Notes under the pieces: model-generated
The model's database searches: none
What the model was told of the DNA's origin: nothing
What the model saw: the letters and a program-made list of their open reading frames with translations, nothing else
NCBI GenBank assembly: GCA_944358985.1
Contig: CALVSI010000001.1
Coordinates: 13,846-77,845 of the forward strand
Source: an uncultured Bacilli bacterium
GTDB taxonomy: Bacteria > Bacillota_I > Bacilli_A > RFN20 > CAG-826
Reading direction: 5' to 3'
DNA length: 64,000 nucleotides
Shown: positions 1-10,229 of the stretch, in pieces
Layout: each line of letters opens with the position of its first letter
Numbering within the stretch: position 1 is the first letter of the stretch
Program-made: the position numbers and the translations under genes

Positions 1-41
1 TTATAATTAATTATAAATTATTACAAGTCAAAATTAAAAAA

Positions 42-1322
42 TCAAAATATATAATTTTTATTTTTTAAATATTTTGGAAATATATTTTTTAGTTGATTGT
101 TGGCTGATTTTGCAAATGAAAGCGGGATATTTTGATATGTAAGTAGAATATATTTTGCATTGTTTACATTTGTTAAATGATTGATGTCAATATTTTGTCC
201 TTCTACGTACGTGCGCGCTTGCTTCATACTTAAATCAATAACCGGAAATAATGAAAAATCATTATTCATTTGTAAACTATGGCAGTAGTGGTATTGATAA
301 ATAACTTCTTTTGAATTTTTGATGGTTTTTTTATATTTGACACCATATCTAATAATATTCAAATCATCTATCTTAATTTTATGGTTAATTTTATATATGT
401 AATCTTGATACTTCATTTCATGCGAATTAGTGTTGTTAAAACATAAATTTCCATCTTTAATTAGTATAGCAACGTATTGTCCTTCTCCATCAAATAAATA
501 TGGAAACATATGAAAGCCTAGTTTTGTTTTATAGTCTTGATAAAATTTATCTTTTATTTCAATATCAATATTTTTGAAATCAGTATATTTATTCAAAGCA
601 TACAAAACAATTTCCTCGTTTTCTTCAAAAGAAAAAGAGCAAGTTGAATAAATTAATTTACCACCAGGTTTTAACATGTGATGAGAGATGTCAATTAATT
701 GTTTTTGAATGTTAGAATATCTTATAACTTTATTAAAATTCCAATCATTTCTAATTTCTTCATTTTTTCTAAACATTCCGCTTCCAGAACAAGGAGCATC
801 TAAAATAACAATGTCAAAATATTCGTGATATTTCTGATAAATTTTTGAAAAATCATTATTAGATATTACTACATTATCTAAACCAATTCGCTCAACATTT
901 TCAACAACACTTTGTAAACGAGTAAATGATATGTCATTAGCGATTATTGTAGATTGTGGATTATTTAAAGCAAATTGTATTAGTTTTCCGCCTGGTGCAC
1001 TACAAAGATCGAGAACTTTGTACTGGTTTTGACTTTTGCCTAGCAAAGATGAAACAATCATCGAAGATGGTTCTTGCAAATAATACACTCCCATCTCGTG
1101 AAATATATGCCGATTGAAATCATAATCATTAATATCATAAATAAAACCATTTTCCACGAACGGATGTTGTTTGATTTTAGGGAATAGTTTTATAAATTCT
1201 TCCTTACTCATCTTAAAAGTATTTAAAAACAATCCCTTTTTGCTTTTTGCGTTTAAAGATTTTTTTAATAATTCAATTTGGTCGTGATTTAAATATGTTT
1301 CTAAACTAGTGAAAAAATCCAT
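42..1322 (-). CDS. RsmB/RsmF-family (NOL1/NOP2/Sun) rRNA cytosine-C5 methyltransferase
   Basis: 426-aa ORF. SAM-binding motif DLCSAPGGK. The two catalytic-Cys motifs of m5C RNA methyltransferases are present (DAPCSGSGMFRK and YSTCS). Confidence 0.8.
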   Translation of the reverse strand: MDFFTSLETYLNHDQIELLKKSLNAKSKKGLFLNTFKMSKEEFIKLFPKIKQHPFVENGFIYDINDYDFNRHIFHEMGVYYLQEPSSMIVSSLLGKSQNQYKVLDLCSAPGGKLIQFALNNPQSTIIANDISFTRLQSVVENVERIGLDNVVISNNDFSKIYQKYHEYFDIVILDAPCSGSGMFRKNEEIRNDWNFNKVIRYSNIQKQLIDISHHMLKPGGKLIYSTCSFSFEENEEIVLYALNKYTDFKNIDIEIKDKFYQDYKTKLGFHMFPYLFDGEGQYVAILIKDGNLCFNNTNSHEMKYQDYIYKINHKIKIDDLNIIRYGVKYKKTIKNSKEVIYQYHYCHSLQMNNDFSLFPVIDLSMKQARTYVEGQNIDINHLTNVNNAKYILLTYQNIPLSFAKSANNQLKNIFPKYLKNKNYIF

Positions 1323-1393
1323 AAGAATAATTTACTACTTTTTCTAATTAAAAGCATCCAGTATGTGATAAAATATATATCGAGGTGTTTTTT

Positions 1394-2695
1394 ATGAGAA
1401 TGGTTGATATTATAGTTAAAAAAAGAGATGGTTTTTCATTAACAAAAGAAGAAATTAATTTTGCTATTAATGGTTATGTTAGTGGTGAAGTTCCTGATTA
1501 TCAAATGTCGGCATTAGCAATGGCTATTGTTTTTAAAGGAATGAATAACGAAGAAATAGTTAATTTAACTAGCACAATGCTTCATAGTGGAGACATAATT
1601 GATTTATCTTTAATTAAAGGAGTCAAAGTTGACAAACATTCAACAGGTGGTGTTGGAGATAAGACTTCACTAGTTTTAGGACCATTAGTGGCTTCATGTG
1701 GGGCAAAATTAGCTAAAATGTCAGGTCGAGGACTTGGTCATACAGGCGGAACATTGGATAAGCTTGAATCTATACCAGGTTTTAAAGTCAATTTAGATAG
1801 TAATCAATTTGTCAAACAAGTTAACGATATTGGTATTGCAATAGTAGGACAAACCGCTAATTTGGTACCAGCTGATAAAAAAATGTATGCTTTAAGAGAT
1901 GTTACAGGAACAGTTGAATCAATACCTTTAATTGCCTCATCGATTATGTCTAAAAAATTAGCATCTGGAAGCGACACTATTCTCTTAGATGTTAAATTTG
2001 GTTCAGGTGCATTTATGAAAAATGTTAATGATGCTAAAAAATTAGCTAAAACAATGGTGGATATTGGTAAAAGTTTAAATAAGGACACTCGTGCGATAAT
2101 TACAGATATGACTCAACCATTAGGATTGGCAATCGGCAACGCTTTAGAAGTTAAGGAAGCAATTAATACTCTTCACGGAAATGGTCCAAAAGATTTTGTC
2201 GAATTATGTTTAAGTGCTGGTTCAATTATGCTTCAACAAGCCAAAATTTGTAATAATTTAGATGATGGAAGAAAATTGCTAGAAGAAAAATTAAAAAACG
2301 GTGAAGCATTTAATAAATTTGTTGAATTTGTTAAGGCACAAAATGGTGATATTAACTATATTTTAGATCCAAACAAATTGCAAACAGCAAAACATATTAT
2401 TGAAGTAAAAAGCGAAAACGATGGTTATGTTGATGAAATAAATTGTTTAGAAATTGGTGAAAGTGCAATGAGATTAGGTGCAGGCAGAAAAACAATTAAC
2501 GACACAATTGATATGGCTGCAGGAATCATCTTAAATAAAAAAGTTGGCGATCACGTAAAAAAAGGCGAAATTTTATGCTATGCACATACAAATATAGATG
2601 ATTTCAAAGATATAATTATTGATATTCATGATTCATTTAAAGTCTTACCTGAAAAAGTCGAATTGAAACCTATTGTTCATGATTATATCAAATAA
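1394..2695 (+). CDS. pdp: pyrimidine-nucleoside (thymidine) phosphorylase
   Basis: Family signature DKHSTGGVGDK and SGRGLGHTGGTLDK. GAGG at 1382-1385 favours ATG 1394 over the in-frame GTG 1385 used by the ORF track. Confidence 0.9.
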   Translation: MRMVDIIVKKRDGFSLTKEEINFAINGYVSGEVPDYQMSALAMAIVFKGMNNEEIVNLTSTMLHSGDIIDLSLIKGVKVDKHSTGGVGDKTSLVLGPLVASCGAKLAKMSGRGLGHTGGTLDKLESIPGFKVNLDSNQFVKQVNDIGIAIVGQTANLVPADKKMYALRDVTGTVESIPLIASSIMSKKLASGSDTILLDVKFGSGAFMKNVNDAKKLAKTMVDIGKSLNKDTRAIITDMTQPLGLAIGNALEVKEAINTLHGNGPKDFVELCLSAGSIMLQQAKICNNLDDGRKLLEEKLKNGEAFNKFVEFVKAQNGDINYILDPNKLQTAKHIIEVKSENDGYVDEINCLEIGESAMRLGAGRKTINDTIDMAAGIILNKKVGDHVKKGEILCYAHTNIDDFKDIIIDIHDSFKVLPEKVELKPIVHDYIK

Positions 2696-2734
2696 TAGTC
2701 GAGAATTAGTAAATAACTAGTATTTAATTAGTAT

Positions 2735-3193
2735 ATGAGAGTGATATTAACTACTGTAAAAAACGCGAGTGTAAATGTAAAAAATACTTGCGTAGCTAGC
2801 ATCAATAAAGGATATCTTTTGTTGGTTGGTTTTTGCGATGGCGATAATGAATATATTGCCGATTTAATGGCTCAAAAAATTATAAATCTTCGAGTTTTTG
2901 TTGATGAAAGTGACCAAATTAATTTAAATATTTTTGATGTAGATGGCGAAATATTATCCGTTAGCCAGTTTACTTTATACGCTGATGTTAGGAAGGGTCG
3001 ACGTCCTTCTTTTACATACGCACTTAATCCGCTTCAAGCTCAAGATTTGTATGATTATTTTAATAAACGTCTTACCAATTACTTAAAAAAAGAAGTGCAA
3101 ACTGGCATTTTTGGTGCAAAAATGGAGGTAATATCTAATAATGATGGTCCGTTTACTTTATTATTAGATTCGGAAAAATTATGGCCAAATTAA
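2735..3193 (+). CDS. dtd: D-aminoacyl-tRNA (D-Tyr-tRNA) deacylase
   Basis: 152 aa. Characteristic SQFTLYAD...KGRRPSF and C-terminal NDGPFT motifs. Confidence 0.9.
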   Translation: MRVILTTVKNASVNVKNTCVASINKGYLLLVGFCDGDNEYIADLMAQKIINLRVFVDESDQINLNIFDVDGEILSVSQFTLYADVRKGRRPSFTYALNPLQAQDLYDYFNKRLTNYLKKEVQTGIFGAKMEVISNNDGPFTLLLDSEKLWPN

Positions 3194-4323
3194 AAGTTTT
3201 AATTGGATTGTCTGGTGGTGTTGATAGTGCTGTTGGTGCATATTTATTAATGCAACAAGGTTATGATGTAACCGGGTGTTTTATGCGCAACTGGGATGCT
3301 TTAGCTAATAATGATTATCTTGGAAATCCGACAATTAACGACGATCAATGCCCACAAGAAAAAGATTATGAAGATGCAAAAAAAGTAGCTGAAATTTTAG
3401 GAATAAAATTATTAAGAATAGATTTTATAAAGGAATATTGGGACTATGTATTTTCTTATTTTTTAGATGAATATAAGTTAGGTAGAACTCCAAATCCTGA
3501 TATTTTTTGCAACAAGTATATTAAATTTGATGCTTTTTTAAAATTTGCTAAAGAAAATGGTTTTAATTATATTGCTATGGGACATTATGCAAAAAAAGAA
3601 GAAATTAATGGCGTTTCTTATTTGCTAAAGCCATACGATAAAAACAAGGATCAAACTTATTTTTTGAGTCAAATAAATCAAGAACAATTAAAATCTTGCC
3701 TTTTCCCATTAGCGGACGTAGATAAAAACGAAGTACGCCGTCTTGCTCATAAATTAAACTTATCAAGCGTGATGGATAAAAAAGATTCAACCGGTATATG
3801 TTTTATTGGTGAACGAAATTTTAAAAAATTTCTTAATAATTATTTGCCAGCCAAAAAAGGAAAAGTAGTTGACATTGAAACAGATGAAGTAATCGGTGAG
3901 CATGACGGAGTGTTGTATTATACAATTGGTCAACATAAAGGCATTGGAATTGGTGGTATTAAAAATCATGACAATAGTGGGTGGTTTGTAGTAAAAAAAG
4001 ATGTAAAAAATAATGTGTTATATGTTGCTAGCGGATCAGAAAATCCATATTTATATAGCGATTATTGTTATGTGAGAAAAATAAATTTAATATCGCGAAA
4101 ATTAAAAGAAAAAGAAGAATTAAACGCTAAATTTCGTTATAGACAAAAAGATATGCCAGTAACTGTATCATATGTTGATGAGAATACTTTGCTTGTCGTT
4201 TTTAAAAAGCCATATAAGGCCATCACTCCTGGACAAGCTTGTGTTTTATACGATGGCGATATTTGCCTTGGCGGCGGCATTATTGATGAAGTTTATAAAA
4301 AGCAAAGAAGAGTTGACCAATAA
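3181..4323 (+). CDS. mnmA: tRNA 2-thiouridine(34) synthase
   Basis: N-terminal PP-loop GLSGGVDSAV. Has the conserved TPNPDIFCNKYIKF and KDQTYFL motifs. Typical length of 380 aa. Confidence 0.9.
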   Translation: MAKLKVLIGLSGGVDSAVGAYLLMQQGYDVTGCFMRNWDALANNDYLGNPTINDDQCPQEKDYEDAKKVAEILGIKLLRIDFIKEYWDYVFSYFLDEYKLGRTPNPDIFCNKYIKFDAFLKFAKENGFNYIAMGHYAKKEEINGVSYLLKPYDKNKDQTYFLSQINQEQLKSCLFPLADVDKNEVRRLAHKLNLSSVMDKKDSTGICFIGERNFKKFLNNYLPAKKGKVVDIETDEVIGEHDGVLYYTIGQHKGIGIGGIKNHDNSGWFVVKKDVKNNVLYVASGSENPYLYSDYCYVRKINLISRKLKEKEELNAKFRYRQKDMPVTVSYVDENTLLVVFKKPYKAITPGQACVLYDGDICLGGGIIDEVYKKQRRVDQ

Positions 4324-4374
4324 TTATTTTTTAAAAAAGTATTTATAAAATAAATATTTTTTGTTAACATATAA

Positions 4375-4577
4375 GCGTCGATAAGGAAACTAAGAGAAAT
4401 ATATCTAAATAAAGAGACCGTTAGCGGGTGAAAATACGGATTAGATGATTGCTCACGCCACTTCCTTGATGCTATTAATACTAGCCGTTAGCAGCGTTAA
4501 TGCCTAATTAAGTGCATCGCATGATGAAAAAGGATGGTACCGCGAATATTTCGTTCCTTTGTTGGGACGTTTTTTTA
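4375..4577 (+). promoter_or_regulatory. T-box riboswitch leader (alanine-specific) controlling alaS; 5' boundary approximate
   Basis: Conserved T-box sequence AGGATGGTACCGCG at 4531-4544. AGAGA-type stem I elements at about 4393 and 4423. Ala codons GCT (4451-4453) and GCC (4457-4459, followed by A) lie in the candidate specifier region. A terminator hairpin and U-run sit at 4552-4577, directly upstream of alaS. Confidence 0.8.
4552..4577 (+). terminator. intrinsic terminator of the alaS T-box leader
   Basis: CGTTCC-TTTGTT-GGGACG hairpin (6 bp including one G.U) followed by TTTTTTT. Its 5' arm overlaps the sequence needed for the T-box antiterminator. Confidence 0.7.
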
Positions 4578-4596
4578 TGTTTATGGAGGATGATTT

Positions 4597-7215
4597 ATGA
4601 AAAAAATGACTTCAAATCAAATTAGAAATATGTGGTTAGAATTTTTTAAAGAAAAAGGTCATAAAGTAGAAAAAGGCGCATCGCTTATTCCTCACAATGA
4701 CCCAACTTTATTATGGATTAATTCTGGTGTTGCAGCCTTAAAAAAATATTTTGATGGCAGTGAAATACCTCCTTCTAGACGTATTGTAAATGTTCAAAAA
4801 TCTATTCGAACAAATGATATAGAAAATGTTGGGCATACCGCTAGACATCATACTTTTTTTGAAATGTTAGGTAATTTTTCTATAGGCGACTATTTTAGAA
4901 AAGAAGTTATTGCTTGGGCATATGAAATCTTAACTAGCCCAAAATGGTTCGGTTTTGATAAAAATAATCTTTATGTTACTTACTATAGTAATGATTTAGA
5001 AACTAAAAATTATTGGATTGCACAAGGTTTAGACGAAGACCATTTGATTCCATTAGAAAGTAATTTTTGGCAAATAGGTGAAGGACCATGTGGGCCTAAT
5101 ACTGAAGTATTTTATGATCGTGGTGAAAAATATGACCCAGAGCATTTAGGAATAAAATTGTTGAAAGATGAAATAGAAAATGATCGATATATCGAAATTT
5201 GGGGTATTGTTTTTAGTCAATATAACGCTGTTAATGGTGTAAAAAAGGAAGATTATAAAGAATTACCATCTAAAAATATCGATACAGGTGCAGGATTAGA
5301 AAGAATTTGCTGTATCATGCAAGAAGTTGAAACTAATTTTGATACTGATTTATTTATGCCAATTATCAAAGAATGTGAAAAAACTGCAAAATATCCATAT
5401 GAAGGGCAATATAAAACCTCTTATCGTGTTATTTCTGATCACATTCGTGCATGTACTTTTGCATTAAGCGATGGAGAAATGTTTTCAAATGAAGGACGTG
5501 GCTATGTTTTAAGAAGATTAATAAGACGGGCGATGTTATATGGCCAAAAAATTGGCATAGATGAACCATTTTTATACAAACTTGTTAATGTTGTAGTGGA
5601 AAATATGAAAAGTTTTTATCCAGAACTAGTTAACAACCAATCAAAAATAGAAAAAATGGTAAAATCTGAAGAAGAAAAATTCTTATTAACTCTTAAAAAT
5701 GGTGAAACCATTTTAAATAAATTTTTAAATAATTCTAATTTAAAAACTTTACCAGGCGAAGAAGTTTTCAAATTATATGATACATACGGTTTTCCTTTTG
5801 ATTTAACTAAAGAAATTTGTGAAGAAAAAGGCGTCAGCGTTGATAAAACTAAATTCGATGAATTAATGAAAAAACAAAAAGAACTTGCTCGAAGTGCAAG
5901 AAATAACCTAGAAAGTATGCATCGTCAGTCAAAAGATTTATTACAATTTGTTGAAAAAAGCGAATTTGTATATGATGATAATGATTTAACCGCTCATGTC
6001 ATTGGAATATTTAAAGACGGAGTTAAAGTAGATAGTTTATCCGATGAAGGCGATGTTATTTTTGATATAACAAATTTTTATGCAGAAAGCGGTGGACAAA
6101 TTGCTGATAAAGGCCATATCGAAAATAAAGATTGTTATTGCGTGGTCAACGATGTTAAAAAATGTCCTAATGGTCAACACTTGCACCACGTAGTGATAAA
6201 TTATGGAAATATTAAAAATGGTGATGAATTTAAATTAGTTATAGATAAAAATCGTCGTTTCCAAATTGCAAAAAATCATAGTGCGACTCATTTATTACAA
6301 GCAGCTCTAGATGCAATTTTATCTAGCGATATCCATCAAGCCGGAAGCTTTGTAAGTGATGATTACGTTCATTTTGATTTTAATTATGATAAAAAAATCA
6401 CCAACGAAGAATTAAATGCTATTGAGACAAAAGTTAATCAATGGATTGCTAGTGGTATAAATTGCGAAACTAAGATATTGCCAATCGAACAAGCAAAAAA
6501 AGAAAACGCAAAAGCACTTTTTGATGAAAAATATGGCGATATTGTCCGCGTTGTTTGCTTTGATAATGTATCGAAAGAATTTTGCGGTGGAACACATGTT
6601 AAAAATACTTCCGATATTGGGCTATTTTATATTTGTTTTGAACAAAGCATAGCTTCTGGTGTTCGTAGAATTCAATTTGTTACTTCTTATAAAGCATATG
6701 AAGAAATAAAAAACAAAGAAAATGTTTTAAATGCATTATCTAATAAATTGAACTGCAAATCTTTTAAAGAAAGCACTGATCGTTTGCAATCTTTATTAAA
6801 TGAGAAAGACTCTTTAAAGTTGCAATGTTTATCATTAAATCAAAAAATAGCTAATCTAATTAGCGAACAATTAAAAGATGAATTCTCATTAATAAATGGA
6901 CATTATGTGTTATTAAAAGATATTGATAATTTATCTCGCGATGTTTTAGCAATGGTTGTTGATAATTTAAAAAATCTTTACAAAAATTCTATTATTTTAT
7001 TAATTAGTAAAGGTAAAAACATATCAATGGTTTGCTATTGTAGCGATTTAGCCATCAAAGATAATATTAAAGCAGGGCAATTTTTAAACGGCATTTGCAA
7101 ATCGTTAAATGGTTCTGGCGGTGGTAGAAATGATTTTGCCCAAGGAAGTTTAAAAGATGCATGTAATATTAAAAAGGCCTTAGATTTAGCAAAGGATTTA
7201 ATTATTAATGAATAA
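4597..7215 (+). CDS. alaS: alanine--tRNA ligase
   Basis: 872 aa. Class II AlaRS N-terminal motifs (FFKEKGH, HHTFFEMLGNFS), editing-domain HSATHLL and CGGTHV, and a C-terminal DHHA1-like GGGR segment. GGAGG SD lies 7 nt upstream. Confidence 0.95.
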   Translation: MKKMTSNQIRNMWLEFFKEKGHKVEKGASLIPHNDPTLLWINSGVAALKKYFDGSEIPPSRRIVNVQKSIRTNDIENVGHTARHHTFFEMLGNFSIGDYFRKEVIAWAYEILTSPKWFGFDKNNLYVTYYSNDLETKNYWIAQGLDEDHLIPLESNFWQIGEGPCGPNTEVFYDRGEKYDPEHLGIKLLKDEIENDRYIEIWGIVFSQYNAVNGVKKEDYKELPSKNIDTGAGLERICCIMQEVETNFDTDLFMPIIKECEKTAKYPYEGQYKTSYRVISDHIRACTFALSDGEMFSNEGRGYVLRRLIRRAMLYGQKIGIDEPFLYKLVNVVVENMKSFYPELVNNQSKIEKMVKSEEEKFLLTLKNGETILNKFLNNSNLKTLPGEEVFKLYDTYGFPFDLTKEICEEKGVSVDKTKFDELMKKQKELARSARNNLESMHRQSKDLLQFVEKSEFVYDDNDLTAHVIGIFKDGVKVDSLSDEGDVIFDITNFYAESGGQIADKGHIENKDCYCVVNDVKKCPNGQHLHHVVINYGNIKNGDEFKLVIDKNRRFQIAKNHSATHLLQAALDAILSSDIHQAGSFVSDDYVHFDFNYDKKITNEELNAIETKVNQWIASGINCETKILPIEQAKKENAKALFDEKYGDIVRVVCFDNVSKEFCGGTHVKNTSDIGLFYICFEQSIASGVRRIQFVTSYKAYEEIKNKENVLNALSNKLNCKSFKESTDRLQSLLNEKDSLKLQCLSLNQKIANLISEQLKDEFSLINGHYVLLKDIDNLSRDVLAMVVDNLKNLYKNSIILLISKGKNISMVCYCSDLAIKDNIKAGQFLNGICKSLNGSGGGRNDFAQGSLKDACNIKKALDLAKDLIINE

Positions 7216-7639
7216 AGTATTAGGTTTAGATTTAGGAAGAAAAACACTTGGAATAGCTATTAGTGATGTTTTAGGCATTGCTCATCCATATAAACTGATT
7301 CGATTTAAAAAAGATGATTATCAAAGTTTGATCGAACCAATAATAGAAATCATAAAAGAAAATAATATCAAAGAAGTTGTTTTGGGTTTGCCTTTGCATT
7401 TAAATGGTCAACAAAGCGAAATGTCTAAAACTTGTTTAGAATTTAAACGACTCTTATTAAATCAAATTGCTAACATATCTGTAGAAATGATTGATGAAAG
7501 ATTAACTTCTGTCAGTGCTCATAAAATTCTTACAAATTTAAATATGAATAGCAAAAAACAAAAAGATTATGTTGATATGGTAGCCGCTAGTAATATTTTA
7601 GAAACTTATTTACGAAAGAAGGAAAATAACCATGCTTGA
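7208..7639 (+). CDS. ruvX: YqgF/RuvX-family putative pre-16S rRNA nuclease (Holliday junction resolvase-like)
   Basis: 143 aa. N-terminal GLDLGRKTLGIAISD motif and DERLTS motif. Conserved position immediately after alaS. Confidence 0.85.
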   Translation: MNKVLGLDLGRKTLGIAISDVLGIAHPYKLIRFKKDDYQSLIEPIIEIIKENNIKEVVLGLPLHLNGQQSEMSKTCLEFKRLLLNQIANISVEMIDERLTSVSAHKILTNLNMNSKKQKDYVDMVAASNILETYLRKKENNHA

Positions 7640-7877
7640 TGATGATATTATCGAAGTAATTGACGACAACAATAATCATGTAAGACTTCATATACTATTT
7701 ACTTTTAACGATGACAATACAAACACCGATTATTTATTTTTATATGAAGAAGGCAAAGAAGATGATGTATTTGTTAAGAAATTAAGCAAGGATGATGTTT
7801 TGTTAGATCTTAGCGATGAGGAATTTGAAATGGCAAGTGAAGTTTTTAATGCTTTTAATAATGAAGAGGATAAATAA
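7632..7877 (+). CDS. DUF1292 (YrzB-like) small acidic protein
   Basis: 81 aa and acidic. The pattern (ID.NN..V.L.ILFTF....T..DYLFLYEE) and the position after ruvX match the Bacillus alaS-yrrK-yrzB arrangement. Confidence 0.7.
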   Translation: MLDDDIIEVIDDNNNHVRLHILFTFNDDNTNTDYLFLYEEGKEDDVFVKKLSKDDVLLDLSDEEFEMASEVFNAFNNEEDK

Positions 7878-7883
7878 TAAATT

Positions 7884-9659
7884 ATGTGTGGCATAATTGG
7901 TGGTATAGGAAACAATATTTTTGATGATATAAAGCAAGGATTATATAGATTAGAATATCGAGGATATGATTCTGTAGGTATTTCTTATATTTTTGATAAC
8001 AAAATTGTTGTAAAAAAACGTAGTGGCAATGTTGATGATTTTTTTAATCATTATTCGCAAAATGTTAATTGCAATTTAATCATTGGACATACGCGATGGG
8101 CAACAACAGGTATTGCAAATGATATAAATGCTCATCCACATTTAAGTTTTAACAGTTTTTTTTCAATTGTGCACAATGGAATAATCGAAAATTATAAAGA
8201 AATAAAAAATGAATTAATTAACAAAGGCTATGCTTTTAAAAGCGATACCGATAGCGAAGTTATAGTAAATTTGATTGAAAAATATTATTTAGATGGTAAT
8301 AAAGACGTGTTAGATTGTTTAAAAAAAGTTTCATCCCGTTTAATTGGGAATTTTTCTATTGCTTTAATTGATCTAAACGAACCGAATCGCTTGTATTTTT
8401 ACAAAAGAAAATCTCCGCTTTTGGTGGGTGTTGGTAAAAACAAGAATTATCTTGCAAGCGATATATACGCAATTTCAACTTTTTGTGAAAAATTCATAGA
8501 TATTAGTGATGATGATTATGGTTTTATTACATCAAATGAAGTATTCATATACGATGGAAACGGTTTGAAAAAAATAAAATATTGTAAACAAAATTTTGAA
8601 TATGTAAATAATGATTTATGTGGTTATAAGCATTATATGCTTAAGGAAATCGAAGAAATACCAAATGTTATTCAAACAAATATTGATGAATATACAAAAG
8701 AAAATAATCGTTATTATCCACATGACTTATTAAATAAAATCAACGAATTTGATTGTGTTATTTTTATTGGATGTGGTTCTTCTTATAATGCTGGAAAAAT
8801 CTTATCACGTCTAACAGATTGTTTAAATAAGTCATCATTTGTATTTGTTGCTAGCGAATGGTCTAATTATCCTAAAATTTATGGTAAAAATCCTGTATTT
8901 GTTATTCTTTCCCAATCTGGTGAAACTATGGATGATATAAAATGCATTGACATTCTCAATAAAAAAAGATATCCAACAATTTTATTGACTAATAATGAAT
9001 ATTCAACGTTAGCAAAAAAATCAACATATGTTTTGCCTATTTTTTCAAAAAATGAAGTTGCAGTCGCTTCCACTAAAACATATGTTGCAATGATTACGGT
9101 TTATTTATTATTTATTTTTGCAATAACAAAAGATAAAACAATTTTATCAAATTTAAGAAGTGCTATTGAAGCGATAAATGATATTATCTCAAGAAAAAAT
9201 GAAATCAGAAATATCGCTAATAAAATTAAAGATTTACAATCTGTTATATTTTTAGGTCGTTGTTATGATTATGATATTTGCTTAGAGGCGTCTTTAAAAT
9301 TAAAAGAAACAGCTTATATCAATTCTCAAGCTATTCCAAGTGGAGAATTAAAACATGGTCCGATTGCATTTGTCGATGATAGTGTCGCTATTTTTACATT
9401 TTTCAGTGATATAAATACATTTTTAGCTACTTTAAATAATGTTGAAGAAGTAAAAATTCGTGGTGGTAACATTTATAACATCACTAATAAATCATTAAAA
9501 ACACCTAATGATTCTTTCGCGTGTATGGATACGGATTTAAGAGTTTGTGCACTTGTAAAATCTGTTTTTGCTTTTTATTTAGCATATTATACTGCTGAAT
9601 ATAAAAAATTACCGATTGATAAACCTAGAAATCTTGCTAAATCAGTCACGGTTGATTAA
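7884..9659 (+). CDS. glmS: glutamine--fructose-6-phosphate aminotransferase (isomerizing)
   Basis: 591 aa. Starts MCGIIG (Ntn amidotransferase catalytic Cys2). Has two SIS domains (SQSGET) and a C-terminal KSVTVD-type end. Confidence 0.95.
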   Translation: MCGIIGGIGNNIFDDIKQGLYRLEYRGYDSVGISYIFDNKIVVKKRSGNVDDFFNHYSQNVNCNLIIGHTRWATTGIANDINAHPHLSFNSFFSIVHNGIIENYKEIKNELINKGYAFKSDTDSEVIVNLIEKYYLDGNKDVLDCLKKVSSRLIGNFSIALIDLNEPNRLYFYKRKSPLLVGVGKNKNYLASDIYAISTFCEKFIDISDDDYGFITSNEVFIYDGNGLKKIKYCKQNFEYVNNDLCGYKHYMLKEIEEIPNVIQTNIDEYTKENNRYYPHDLLNKINEFDCVIFIGCGSSYNAGKILSRLTDCLNKSSFVFVASEWSNYPKIYGKNPVFVILSQSGETMDDIKCIDILNKKRYPTILLTNNEYSTLAKKSTYVLPIFSKNEVAVASTKTYVAMITVYLLFIFAITKDKTILSNLRSAIEAINDIISRKNEIRNIANKIKDLQSVIFLGRCYDYDICLEASLKLKETAYINSQAIPSGELKHGPIAFVDDSVAIFTFFSDINTFLATLNNVEEVKIRGGNIYNITNKSLKTPNDSFACMDTDLRVCALVKSVFAFYLAYYTAEYKKLPIDKPRNLAKSVTVD

Positions 9660-10229
9660 TTAAAATACAATTAATCCAAATATGGCTGAAATTATTAACA
9701 TACCAATAGTATTAAAATCTTTTTTGAATACTTTTTTATAAATCAAAACAAAACCAAAAATGATTAAAAATAGGGCAATGGTGGTGCGGTCTATCACAAA
9801 TGGTGATTGAAGAGATGATCCGCCAAAAAAGAAAGTTTTAACCATCAACATTATAACAGTCGAACTTATTAAAGAAATAATGATTGGTTTAACACCATCA
9901 ATAGCGCCACTTAAATATTTACTTTTGGAAAATTTTCTTAGAATAGTAGCTAATAACAATATAACTATAAACGATGGTAGCACAACACCTAACGTGGCAC
10001 ATAATGCACCCAAAAATCCTTGTTGACTAGATCCAATAAATGTCGCGATATTTATCGCAAAAGGACCAGGTGTAACTTCGCTGACAGCAATAAAATCATA
10101 TAAAGCATCAGTGCTAATCCAGCCACGAGAAACTACTTGTGATTCTATTAATGGAATCATCGCGTATCCACCGCCAAAAGTAAAAAGGCCAATCAAAAAA
10201 AAGACACCAAATAATTCTAAAAAAATCAT
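9660..10229 (-). CDS. chromate transporter (CHR) family protein, short-chain half
   Basis: 189-aa polytopic membrane protein with the FGGGYAMIPL CHR signature. Paired with, and overlapping by 4 nt, a second CHR half. Confidence 0.75.
   Translation of the reverse strand: MIFLELFGVFFLIGLFTFGGGYAMIPLIESQVVSRGWISTDALYDFIAVSEVTPGPFAINIATFIGSSQQGFLGALCATLGVVLPSFIVILLLATILRKFSKSKYLSGAIDGVKPIIISLISSTVIMLMVKTFFFGGSSLQSPFVIDRTTIALFLIIFGFVLIYKKVFKKDFNTIGMLIISAIFGLIVF

Noticed and set aside
4576-4599. 7-codon uORF (ATGTTTATGGAGGATGATTTATGA) overlapping the alaS SD and start (ATGA).
   Set aside because: It is too short and has no SD of its own. It is explained by the chance presence of ATG in the T-run/SD region, and T-box control already accounts for the leader.
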